A stretch of 64,000 nt of DNA from an uncultured delta proteobacterium (GTDB taxonomy: Bacteria > Desulfobacterota > Binatia > DP-6), in NCBI GenBank assembly GCA_963815115.1, contig CAWFFN010000009.1:160001-224000 (forward strand). The letters are read 5' to 3'. Positions 38,804 to 47,957 of this stretch are shown here, piece by piece. Within the stretch, counting starts at the first letter, position 1; each line of letters opens with the position of its first letter. The position numbers and the translations under genes were made by a program. The notes below the pieces were generated by a model. That model had not been told where the DNA came from. It was given only the letters and a program-made list of their open reading frames with translations, and made no database searches.

Positions 38804-39697
38804 ATGCATCGCTCGCGCAGCCGGCTGCATCTCGGGATGCCGCACACCATCTCGGGTGCGCTGAGCGAGATCGCGCTGCTCGCCCATCTCCAGGACCTGC
38901 AGTGGACGGAGCTCGGCCGGCTCGCGGGCTGTCCCGCGTCGCGCCAGGTGGACGCCGATGGTCGCGAGGTCTACGCCAGCATCTACTTCGTCGACCTGGA
39001 CGGCCTGCCGGAGGCCGGGCTGCGTGCGTTCCGGCCCGACGACGACCTCGAGGTGCTGAGCACGCTCGGGCGCTTCGGGCAGACCATGCTCGAGGCCGAG
39101 CACGTCCTCGTTCCCGCCGATCTGGTGCCCACTCCGCTGCCGGCGGCGCCGCTCCCCGGCCTCCGCGTGCGGCTGTCCAACGTGCTGGTGGCGCTGGGCG
39201 CGGGTCCCGACGACCTGCGCATCTCGACGCCGGTGAACGCCCGGCTCGACGCCATCCCCGCGCTGCCGACGCAGCCCGAGTCGTACCGCCTGGTCCGCGA
39301 AGCCGAGGTGCGCGGCGCGTTCTTCGAGCCGCCGGCAGGCGTCCGGCCGCTCTGGTCGCCGAGCCACGCCACGACCATCCCCATCAACCCGGACCGCGAC
39401 CTGAACGGCGTCGGGCTGCTCTACTTCGCCAACTACGTCGCGTTCCTCGACGCCGCCGAGCGTGCCGCGCTCGAGCGCTCGGGAACGTTCCCGGCGAGAG
39501 CCCTCGATGGCCGCGTCACGGTGCGGCGACGCATCGGGTTCTACGGCAACGCCCGCGCATCCGATGCGCTGCTCGTCGAGGTCGACGGGTTCCGGCTCGA
39601 CGACGCCCGGCTCCTGGTGAACCATCGCGTGCGTCGGATGAGCGACGGCCGGCTCATCGCGATCGCGAGCGCGGAGAGACGGCTCGCGGGAACCTGA
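38804..39697 (+). CDS. LnmK-like double hot-dog acyltransferase/decarboxylase
   Basis: LGMPH..ALSEIALL..LQW N-terminal motif; RDLNGVGLLYFANYVAFLD and RRIGFYGNA C-terminal motifs. Confidence 0.72.
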   Translation: MHRSRSRLHLGMPHTISGALSEIALLAHLQDLQWTELGRLAGCPASRQVDADGREVYASIYFVDLDGLPEAGLRAFRPDDDLEVLSTLGRFGQTMLEAEHVLVPADLVPTPLPAAPLPGLRVRLSNVLVALGAGPDDLRISTPVNARLDAIPALPTQPESYRLVREAEVRGAFFEPPAGVRPLWSPSHATTIPINPDRDLNGVGLLYFANYVAFLDAAERAALERSGTFPARALDGRVTVRRRIGFYGNARASDALLVEVDGFRLDDARLLVNHRVRRMSDGRLIAIASAERRLAGT

Positions 39698-39699
39698 CG

Positions 39700-39942
39700 T
39701 CAGGCCGGCCCGATGAGCGCGAGCAGGTCACGGATGGTCTCGTGGCGGCCGGCGCGCAGCTCCGTGCCGTCGAACGGCACCCCGAACTGTTCCTCGACGA
39801 ACGCCGCGAACAGCGTGAGACCCATGGAGTCGAGCAGGCCCTCGCTGAGCAGCGGCGTGTCGAGGGTCACGGGGGCCTCGCGCCCCGCGGCGAAGTAGTG
39901 CCTGACGAAATCGAGGAGCAGCGGCGCGCGCGGGTCGTCCAT
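39700..39942 (-). CDS. Acyl carrier protein (DltC-like)
   Basis: 80 aa, acidic, DTPLLSEGLLDSMG phosphopantetheine motif, VEEQFGV. Confidence 0.85.
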   Translation of the reverse strand: MDDPRAPLLLDFVRHYFAAGREAPVTLDTPLLSEGLLDSMGLTLFAAFVEEQFGVPFDGTELRAGRHETIRDLLALIGPA

Positions 39943-39989
39943 GCGTCGCGCCGCACCTAGCACGCGCGCGCCGGCGGGTCGACGCCGAG

Positions 39990-41426
39990 TCAGCCGAGCA
40001 GCGCGTGCAGGAGCGCCGGGAAGCGCGCCACCGCGTCGCCCTGGAAGGACAGGAGGAGCGGCGTCAGCCCGCCGAGCCCCCACATGAGCACGGTGCGGAT
40101 CGCGCGACCGCTCCATCCCGGCGGGGTCGTCCCCGGCCCGGTGCGGGCGAGCGTGCCGTGCAGCAGCACGGCGCCGGCGTTGATCGCCGCCCACAAGGCG
40201 ACCGGCGCGACCTGCTCGAGGCGGAAGTCGGCCGTGAGGAAGGGGACGCCGAGGGCGTGCCAGAGGAAGCTCACGCCGAACGCCGCGAGGATGTTCCGCG
40301 CCAGGTGGCGGCGCCCGCCGAGCGGCCCGTAGACGTGCTGCACGAGCCAGTTCGTGAGGGTGCCCCGCCAGGCCCACCACAGCTCGGAGGGATTCTCGCA
40401 GGTGAGCAGCCCCCGGAAATTGGCCCGCAGCTGGACGCCGAGGAACAGCGCCGCGCCGTCGATCATCGCCCAGCCCCCCATCACCCCGAGCGCCGTGCGG
40501 ATGAAGAAGACGGCCGCGATGGCCCAGGCGAGGACCGGTCGCGGACTCGCCAGCACCGTGTCGACGGAGACGGGGATGCGGAGTCCCACCCACGCCTGCA
40601 CCGCACCCATGGCGATGCGGCGGGCGGCGCGGGCATGGTCGAGGGTGACGGGGCGCACCAGGTTGCGGCGGGAGAACTCCGCGTACACCTCGGGTGCGCC
40701 GAAGATGCCGGCGACGCCGGGATAGAAGGTCATGAACGCGGCATAGTCGCGCATCCGGCGCGGCGACTTCGCAGCCTCGATCACGAAGCTGATGTGGCGA
40801 AGGGCGGCGAACGCGAGCAGCCCCTGGAGCGGCCACGCAGCCCCGACGCTGCCGCGTCGCACCCACAGCGCGTAGCAGTACGCCCCGGCGACGAGTCCAC
40901 CCTGGGCCAGCGCCAGCGCCCACGGGCGCGCGACCAGCGACGTGCGCAGCACGGCGAAGCCGAGGAGGCCGATCGCGGCGACGAGGGCGACGGCCTGCAC
41001 GCCGTAGTACTGGAGGAGGAACGCGATGCTCAGACCGGCGAGGCCGACCTTGCGCCACGCCGGCGGCGCCGCCGCGGCCGCCAGCCCGCCGAGCGCGCAC
41101 AGCGCCAGGTGGTCCCAGCGCGTGAAGATGAGCTCGAGCTGGGTGCTCGGGTGTCGCAGGATCCACAGCAGGAGGCCGAGCGCGGCCACGCCGGCGGCCG
41201 CCGCGATGCCGCCGTCGAGCGCGCGTGCCGGGCGCGACGGTGCCGCCGTCATGCCCGCGAGCACGCGGCAGGCTGCGGCGAGAACGATCCCGAGGACGGC
41301 GAGGCCGCCCAGATCGAGCAGCGAGGCGAGCGCGTCCGCGCTGCCGGCCGGCGCCACCGAGAGCAGGCGCTGCTCGAGCAGCGCGCGGAGCGGCGCAGCG
41401 ATCCGCTGCAGCAGGTCCGGTTGCAT
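39990..41426 (-). CDS. MBOAT-family membrane O-acyltransferase (DltB/AlgI-like)
   Basis: RHISF, AFMTFYP, ANF..NPSELWWAWRGTLTNWL..VYGPLGG, SFLWH (catalytic His); polytopic membrane protein. Confidence 0.8.
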   Translation of the reverse strand: MQPDLLQRIAAPLRALLEQRLLSVAPAGSADALASLLDLGGLAVLGIVLAAACRVLAGMTAAPSRPARALDGGIAAAAGVAALGLLLWILRHPSTQLELIFTRWDHLALCALGGLAAAAAPPAWRKVGLAGLSIAFLLQYYGVQAVALVAAIGLLGFAVLRTSLVARPWALALAQGGLVAGAYCYALWVRRGSVGAAWPLQGLLAFAALRHISFVIEAAKSPRRMRDYAAFMTFYPGVAGIFGAPEVYAEFSRRNLVRPVTLDHARAARRIAMGAVQAWVGLRIPVSVDTVLASPRPVLAWAIAAVFFIRTALGVMGGWAMIDGAALFLGVQLRANFRGLLTCENPSELWWAWRGTLTNWLVQHVYGPLGGRRHLARNILAAFGVSFLWHALGVPFLTADFRLEQVAPVALWAAINAGAVLLHGTLARTGPGTTPPGWSGRAIRTVLMWGLGGLTPLLLSFQGDAVARFPALLHALLG

Positions 41427-41545
41427 GGTGGGGGGTCGAACCGCGGCCGAGGTATGGAGGGCGCGGCCCGGGAGGTCAAGGATGACGCCGGCCGGTGCGC
41501 TCCCAATGCGGGCGCGCCGGCGCTAGAAGCGTCCGGTCGATGCGG

Positions 41546-42361
41546 TCACGCCCAGCGGATGCGCCGGTAGTCGAACTGCCGCTGCTCGAGCCCGGTGAGC
41601 TTCACGATCTCGAAGTACGGTGACAGGTCGAAGTCGCGCGGGGTGATCAAGGCGGACGGCTGACGATGGAAGAGATGCGGATACGGCCTGGGCTGGAGCC
41701 AGTCGCGCCAGCGGGGGCGCTCCGCCAGATCGTCGCCGGGAGTGACGGCGGGCAGGATGGGGAAGCCGACGTTCTGGAACGCGCGCGCGATCAGCGTCGA
41801 GCAGATGACCTCGGTGGTGAGGCCGTCGCCGAACTCGAGCGCGCGGCGGCGCCAGCGGCGCGGGATCAGCGAGACCGGGAAGAAGTATCGCGCCAGGTCG
41901 AGTGCGTTGCGCACGTCGTAGCACGAGCCGATCTGGCCCAGCACCTCGTCGAGGATGCGCCGGGCGTCCTCGGGCCGCAGCCCGCGCGGCCGGCAGACGC
42001 GGAGGTTGAGCTCCTCGTACTTGGCAATCGGCGACGCGACCACGCCCTCCTCCATCAGCGCCTCGACCATCAGGTGACGCGCGTCGTCGCCGAAGCGGAG
42101 CGCGAGCTCGGCGCGTCTCTCGGGATACCGCCGCCAGAGTTCGTCACCGATGTAGAGCGCCACGTGCGACCATGTGCTCTGCGTCAGGTACTTGATGACC
42201 TCGCTCACGCGCTGCTCGCCGTCGACCAGGAGGACGTCGCAGGGCTGCAGCGTTGCCCGCAGGGCGGCCAGGTTGTTCGGCAGCAGGCGATGGTACGTCC
42301 GGCGTTGCCGCGTCAACGCGCGGGTCGCGACTCCCATCAGCTTGCGGCGCAGCCAGCCCAT
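41546..42361 (-). CDS. Permuted papain-like NlpC/P60 (YiiX/YaeF) amidase-family protein
   Basis: LQPCDVLLV, IKYLTQSTWSHVALY (His), ICSTLIA (Cys), PRDFDLSPYFEIVK. Confidence 0.82.
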   Translation of the reverse strand: MGWLRRKLMGVATRALTRQRRTYHRLLPNNLAALRATLQPCDVLLVDGEQRVSEVIKYLTQSTWSHVALYIGDELWRRYPERRAELALRFGDDARHLMVEALMEEGVVASPIAKYEELNLRVCRPRGLRPEDARRILDEVLGQIGSCYDVRNALDLARYFFPVSLIPRRWRRRALEFGDGLTTEVICSTLIARAFQNVGFPILPAVTPGDDLAERPRWRDWLQPRPYPHLFHRQPSALITPRDFDLSPYFEIVKLTGLEQRQFDYRRIRWA

Positions 42362-42363
42362 CG

Positions 42364-43062
42364 ATGAGTACCATTGTAGATCGTCGGCGGAGCTCAGGGG
42401 AGCGAAAATCGCTTGCGCTCCCGCAAGGCGCCCCGGCGTTTCGCCGGCGGCTGCTTGCCTGGTACGGCCGGCACCGGCGAACGTTGCCCTGGCGCGGAAC
42501 ACGGGATCCCTACGCCGTCCTCGTCTCGGAGGTCATGCTTCAGCAGACGCAGGTGTCGCGCGTCATGGGGCACTATCCCCGCTTTCTGCGCCGCTATCCC
42601 ACGGTCGAGGACCTCGCCGCGGCGCCCGCCGAGGCGGTGCACGAGAGCTGGGCCGGGCTCGGCTACTACGCCCGGGCACGCAACCTCCATGCCGCTGCGC
42701 GTCACGTCGTCGGCCACCTCGGCGGGGTGTTTCCCGACGACCCGGCGGTGCTGGCGCGCCTGCCGGGGATTGGCCGCTACACCGCCGGCGCGCTGGCGAG
42801 CATCGCCTTCGGAGCCGACGAGCCCGCCGTCGACACCAACGTCGCCCGGGTGCTGGGGCGCGTCTTTCGCGTGCGCGGCCGGCGCGGCTCCGCGGCACGC
42901 GCGACCGCGCTCTGGCGCCTCGCGGGTCGCATCGTTCCCGCGAAGCGCGCCGGCGACTGGAACCAGGCGCTCATGGACCTCGGCGCGACGATCTGCGTGG
43001 CCCGGCGCCCGCGCTGCCCGGCGTGTCCGGTGGCGACGGTCTGCCGCTCGCGGCCGCGGTGA
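42364..43062 (+). CDS. mutY: A/G-specific adenine glycosylase, short form without C-terminal domain
   Basis: LPWR, SEVMLQQTQV, WAGLGYYARARNLH, LPGIGRYTA (HhH), VDTNVARV, CX6CX2CX5C Fe-S motif. Confidence 0.88.
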   Translation: MSTIVDRRRSSGERKSLALPQGAPAFRRRLLAWYGRHRRTLPWRGTRDPYAVLVSEVMLQQTQVSRVMGHYPRFLRRYPTVEDLAAAPAEAVHESWAGLGYYARARNLHAAARHVVGHLGGVFPDDPAVLARLPGIGRYTAGALASIAFGADEPAVDTNVARVLGRVFRVRGRRGSAARATALWRLAGRIVPAKRAGDWNQALMDLGATICVARRPRCPACPVATVCRSRPR

Positions 43063-43522
43063 GGTCTCCGGGGTCGAGCCGGCGCAGCCAGCGAGTGCGC
43101 TCGAGGCGGTGGAAGCCCTCGCGCGCATAGAGGTGTGCCGCGCGCGCGTGGGTGGCGTCGACCTCGAGGTCGAGCGTGCGCGCCCCCCGTGCCCGCGCCG
43201 CGTCGACGGCGGCGGCGAGCAGCAGCCGTCCGATGCCACGGCCGCGATGCGACGGCGCGATGTACAGCTCCTCGAGCCACATCGCGGGGCCCCCGTGCTC
43301 GAGCGTCCACATGGCCGAGAGCGCGGCGATGCCGACGACCCCGCCGTCCACCAGCGCGACCAGGACGGCCCCGCGCTCGGCGTGCGCCATGAGCCCGTCG
43401 AGCGCGAAGGCGATGGCCGTCTCCGGCGTGTCGATGCGGTGCTCGCGGAGCTGCGCCACGAGCAGCGCGAGCACGGCCTCGCGGTCGGCGGGCCGCGCGA
43501 GCCGGACTTCCGTGGGGCTCAT
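42971..43522 (-). CDS. GNAT N-acetyltransferase
   Basis: LEELYIAPSHRGRGIG, AHLYAREGF. Confidence 0.82.
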   Translation of the reverse strand: MSPTEVRLARPADREAVLALLVAQLREHRIDTPETAIAFALDGLMAHAERGAVLVALVDGGVVGIAALSAMWTLEHGGPAMWLEELYIAPSHRGRGIGRLLLAAAVDAARARGARTLDLEVDATHARAAHLYAREGFHRLERTRWLRRLDPGDLTAAASGRPSPPDTPGSAGAGPRRSSRRGP

Positions 43523-43556
43523 GCCGCCTGGGATGCCACAGACCCGGCGGGGATTC

Positions 43557-44640
43557 CTACAGCAGGCCGGCGTGCACCAGGTACTCGGCGACCAGCACGA
43601 GACCCTTCGCCGCCCCCAGGCGCGTGTTGTGCGCCAGCGCCACGTACTTGAGGCCGTTCGGCAGCGCGGGTTCGGGCCGTAGCCGTCCGACGCTGGCGGC
43701 CATGCCGCCCTCGGCGTCGCGGTCGAGCCTGGGCTGCGGGCGGAACGGGTCGTCGTGCACGATGATGGGCCGGCGCGGCGCGCTCGGCAGGTCGAGGCCG
43801 CCGTAGTCGCCCGCGAAGCTGCGCATGGCGTCCGCGGCCGCGGCCGGATCGCAGGGTCGCTCGGTCTCGACCGCGACGGCGGCGGTGTGCCCGTCGAGCA
43901 CCGCCGCGCGCGTGCAGGTGGCGCCGACCGGCGCGGGGTGCGGCTCGATGCCGCCCTCGACCAGGCGGCCGAGAATCTTCCCGGCCTCCGTCGCGACCTT
44001 CTCCTCCTCCTTCGGGATGTACGGCACGAGGTTGTCGACCATGTCGAGCGCGAGCACGCCGCCCGCACGGCCGGCTCCCGAGATGCCCTGCATGGTGGTG
44101 AGGAGGACGCGCCGCACGCCGAAGGCATCGACGAGGGGCTTGAGCGAGACGACCAGGCCGACGACCGTGCAGTTCGACTGCGGCAGGAGGTATCCGCTCC
44201 AGCCGCGCTGCCGCCGCTGGTGCTCGATGAGCGGCAGGTGCGCTGCCATGTTCACGCCGGGTACGAGGATCGGCACGTCGGGCTCGTAACGATACGCCGA
44301 GGCGCTGCTCAACGTGGGCACCGCGCGCGCGAACCGCGGCTCGAGATCGCGCGCGGCATCGGACTCGACGAGCGAGAACACGACGTCGACCAGACCCGGA
44401 TCGAGCGCTGCCGCCTCCTGCACCTCGAGGTCGAGCATCGCGGCGGCCGGCTCCTCGCGGCACCACCACAGGCGCGCCCCGTTCTTGTCGCGGATGGCGT
44501 CCCGGTAGGGACGTCCCGCGCTGCGCGCCGAAGCCGCCAGTGCCGTCACCTCGAACCACGGATGGTCCGCGAGGGCGACCAGGGCCTGCTGCCCCGCGAT
44601 GCCCGTGGCTCCGACGACGGCGGCGCGTCCGCTTGCGCAT
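43557..44640 (-). CDS. asd: Aspartate-semialdehyde dehydrogenase, archaeal/fungal-like type (1-nt frameshift near start)
   Basis: VVGATGIAGQ, ASARSAG, QSNCT (catalytic Cys), QGISGAG, EEEKV, DGH, PQPRLDRD, HNTRLGAA. Confidence 0.87.
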
Positions 44641-44704
44641 TGGCGGGGAGTATCCTGGCCCGGTCGGACCAGTCAATTGTGACGGTGGCGCCGGTCGCGG
44701 GGCG

Positions 44705-45817
44705 CTACTTGCTCGAGAGGAGCCAGCGCCGGGTGGGCTCGTACACCTCCGACGCGGCCAGGCGTCCCACCAGGAGGTCGAGGTGGCCGTGCAGCGGCAC
44801 GTCGCGGACCGTGGTCTTGTCGCCGCCGAACTGCTTCGCGCCGTCACGCACCTGCGCGATCCAGGCGGGCCCCATGTTGCCCGACGCGAAGGCGAGCACC
44901 GGGAGCTTGTGGCGGGGCGCGCCCCCGGTCGAGCCGGCGGATGCGGCGCCTGGCCACCAGCGGTCCTCGGTGTTGAGCAGCTGCGCCAGCACGCGCACGT
45001 CGCTGACGCCGTTGCGCGCGGCGCTGAGACCGCCCTGCCCTCCGAACGCCGGCGAGGTGTACACGATGTCGGCGAGTGCCGCGCCGGCCGTCGCATAGCC
45101 CCCGATCGGCGACGGGTTGTTCGGGCTCGCGATCACGGCCTTCAGCAGGCGCTCGCGGTCGGCGTACGGCAGCCGGCTGCCGGCGACGTCGATGGCGGCG
45201 CCGCCGCCCTCGGGCGGCCGACCGCCGGAGGGCACGCCGTCGATGATGATCAACCCCGCGATCGGCTGATCGCCCGAGGAGGCGAGTCCGTAGGCGAGCC
45301 CGGCCCCGTAGCTGAACCCGGCGAGATAGAGCGGTGCGGGATCGGCGCCGCGCACGAACGCCGCGGCCCAGTCGGCGTCCTTCAGGAAGACGTCGCGCGA
45401 CCAGGTGGCGAGCGCCGCGAGCTGATCCTGCGACGCGTTGGCCGGGACGTTGTGGGTGCGATAGTCGAGGCTCCAGGCACGAATCCCCGCCTGCGCGAGG
45501 TAGAGGCGCAGGTCGTAGCGCGCGTCGGTGCTGGCCACCTCGCCGTTCATGTGCATGCCCGGGAGGAAGAGGACGACCGGGCCGCCGGCTCCGTTGCAGA
45601 GGGCGAGCCGCCTGAGCCCGATGCGATCGACCAGCCCGCCGGGAGGCCGGATGCACGTGAAGACGTCCTCGCACAGGGTTTCTCCCCGGACCTGGCGCTC
45701 CGAGGACAGCCGCATGCAGGCCGCACCCGAGGTGTCGCGCACCACGCGGGTGCGTCCGCCGCAGGCCGCCGCCGCCAGGACCAGCGCGAGCAGCGCCGTC
45801 GACCGGTACCAGCTCAT
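44705..45817 (-). CDS. Alpha/beta-hydrolase lipoprotein
   Basis: Lipobox-like LAAAAC, FLPG, LDYRTH, GFSYG nucleophile elbow, GHLDL. Confidence 0.78.
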   Translation of the reverse strand: MSWYRSTALLALVLAAAACGGRTRVVRDTSGAACMRLSSERQVRGETLCEDVFTCIRPPGGLVDRIGLRRLALCNGAGGPVVLFLPGMHMNGEVASTDARYDLRLYLAQAGIRAWSLDYRTHNVPANASQDQLAALATWSRDVFLKDADWAAAFVRGADPAPLYLAGFSYGAGLAYGLASSGDQPIAGLIIIDGVPSGGRPPEGGGAAIDVAGSRLPYADRERLLKAVIASPNNPSPIGGYATAGAALADIVYTSPAFGGQGGLSAARNGVSDVRVLAQLLNTEDRWWPGAASAGSTGGAPRHKLPVLAFASGNMGPAWIAQVRDGAKQFGGDKTTVRDVPLHGHLDLLVGRLAASEVYEPTRRWLLSSK

Positions 45818-46692
45818 TGCGCGCGCAGGAACTCGATGAACTTCTCGGCCGCGGGAGAGAAGTGCTTGCCCTGGCGGTGGATGATGCCGATCGGACGCAG
45901 GAGGACCTCGTCGGCGAGCTGCACCACGGCGAGCGTCTTCTGGCGCACCTCCGGCCGCACCGCCGGCTCCGGCAGGAAGGCGAGGCCCTGGCCGATCTCG
46001 ACCAGCCGCTTCATGGTCTCGACGTTGTCCAGCTCCATGACGTACCGTACCTCGGCACCATGGCGGCGCAGCAGGCGATCGGTCTCCTTGCGGGTGGGAA
46101 TGTCGCGCTCGAACCCGACGAACTGCTCGCCCGAGAGCTTGCGGACGGCGACCTGGCGGTGGCGGGCCAGCGGATGGCCGGGCGGGCAGACCAGCACCAG
46201 CCGGTCCTCGCGGAAGGGCAGGACGGTGATCCCCGATCTGCGCGTGGGGTAGGCCACGATGCCGAGGTCGATGTTGCCGCGCGCGGCGTCGTCGTAGATC
46301 TTGCTGGACCGGGAATACTCGAGGCGGAGGTGGACTTGCGGGAAGGCCTTCAGGTAGCGCTTGAGGGGGCCCGACAGCTCGTAGAGGCCGATGGAGTGCA
46401 CCGTCGCCACGCGCACCGTGCCCCCGACCACCCTCGCGGCCGCCTGGAGCTCGCTCTCCATCTCCTGAAAGCGCTGTACGATGTCCTTGCTCGCCTGGTA
46501 GAGGACCTCGCCCGCGGGCGTGAGCTGCACGTTGCCGCGCGTGCGCTCGAGGAGACGGCGGCCGTAACGGTCCTCGAGCATCCGGACCTGTTGGCTCACG
46601 GCCGACTGCGTGACAAAATTCTGCGAAGCGGCAGCGGAGAAGCTCTTGCTCTCCACGACGTCACAGAACACCTTGAGGGTCTCCAGATGCAT
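45814..46692 (-). CDS. LysR-family transcriptional regulator
   Basis: SFSAAA..TQSAVSQQV..LE, LTPAG; substrate-binding domain. Confidence 0.93.
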   Translation of the reverse strand: MHLETLKVFCDVVESKSFSAAASQNFVTQSAVSQQVRMLEDRYGRRLLERTRGNVQLTPAGEVLYQASKDIVQRFQEMESELQAAARVVGGTVRVATVHSIGLYELSGPLKRYLKAFPQVHLRLEYSRSSKIYDDAARGNIDLGIVAYPTRRSGITVLPFREDRLVLVCPPGHPLARHRQVAVRKLSGEQFVGFERDIPTRKETDRLLRRHGAEVRYVMELDNVETMKRLVEIGQGLAFLPEPAVRPEVRQKTLAVVQLADEVLLRPIGIIHRQGKHFSPAAEKFIEFLRAQ

Positions 46693-46775
46693 CCCCTAAT
46701 GAGTCAGCAGCGGAGCGTGAGGCCCTCTCATATGGGCGGCTCGCGGGACTTGCAACCGCGGTCTCCGGAGGCGCG

Positions 46776-47937
46776 ATGAGCGACGACGTAGACTACTACC
46801 GGATCGGCGAGCTGTTCGCGGAAGAGGAGCGCATGACGGCCGCCAGCGTGCGCAACTTCGTCGAGCGGGAGGCGCTCCCGCTGATCGAGGGGGCTCACTC
46901 GCGGGAGGAGTTCCCGCGTCAGCTCATCCCACGCATGGGAGAGCTGGGATTCTTCGGTGCTCACCTGAAGGGATACGGCTGCGCAGGCCTCTCCGCGGTC
47001 GCGTACGGGCTCATCTGCCAGGAGCTCGAAGCGGGCGACTCGGGGCTGCGCTCGATGGCGTCGGTGCAGGGCTCGCTTGCCATGTACTCCATCTGGCGCT
47101 GGGGGAGCGAGGAGCAGAAACGGCGCTGGCTTCCCGAGATGGCCACCGGCCGGCTTGATCGGCTGCTTCGGGCTGACCGAGCCGGACCACGGCTCCGATC
47201 CGGGCGGAATGGAGACCCGCGCTCGCCGGGACGGCTCGCACTGGATCCTCAACGGCACGAAGCGCTGGATCACCAACGGCTCGATCGCCGACGTCTCGAC
47301 CGTGTGGGCGAAGGACGGCGATACCATCCGTGGCTTCCTCGTCGAGCGCGGAACGCCCGGGTTCTCGGCGCACGACATCAAGGGGAAGTTCTCGCTGCGG
47401 GCCTCGATCACCTCGGAGCTGGTGCTGGAGGACGTGCGGGTGCCCGCATCGAGCATGCTTCCGGACGCCGAGGGCCTCGCCGGGCCCTTCTCGTGCCTCA
47501 ACCAGGCGCGCTACGGCATCGTCTGGGGCGCCATCGGCGCCGCGCGCACGTGCTACCTGACGGCGCTGCGCTACGCCCAGGCGCGCACGCAGTTCGGGAG
47601 GCCCCTGGCGAGCTTCCAGCTCGTGCAGGCCAAGCTCGTTCACATGGTCAGCGAGATCACCAAGGCACAGCTCGTCGCCTGGCGGCTCGGATGCCTGAAG
47701 GACGCCGGCCAGGTGCGACCCGAGCAGGTGTCGCTCGCCAAGCGCAACAACGTCGGGCAGGCGCTCGACATCGCCCGCCTGGCCCGCGACGTGCTGGGCG
47801 CCAGCGGCATAGTCAACGAGTACCCGGTGATCCGTCACATGCTGAACCTCGAGACCGTGAACACCTACGAGGGGACCTACGACATGCACACGCTGATCAT
47901 CGGGCGCGACCTGACCGGCCTCGACGCCATCCGGTAG
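46776..47937 (+). CDS. gcdH: Glutaryl-CoA dehydrogenase-like acyl-CoA dehydrogenase (frameshift near 47160)
   Basis: YGLICQELEAGDSGLRS..SVQGSL, GCFGLTEPDHGSDP, KRWITNG, RYGIVWG, TYEGT. Confidence 0.8.
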
Positions 47938-47957
47938 GGCGACGGACCGGCGCGCAC

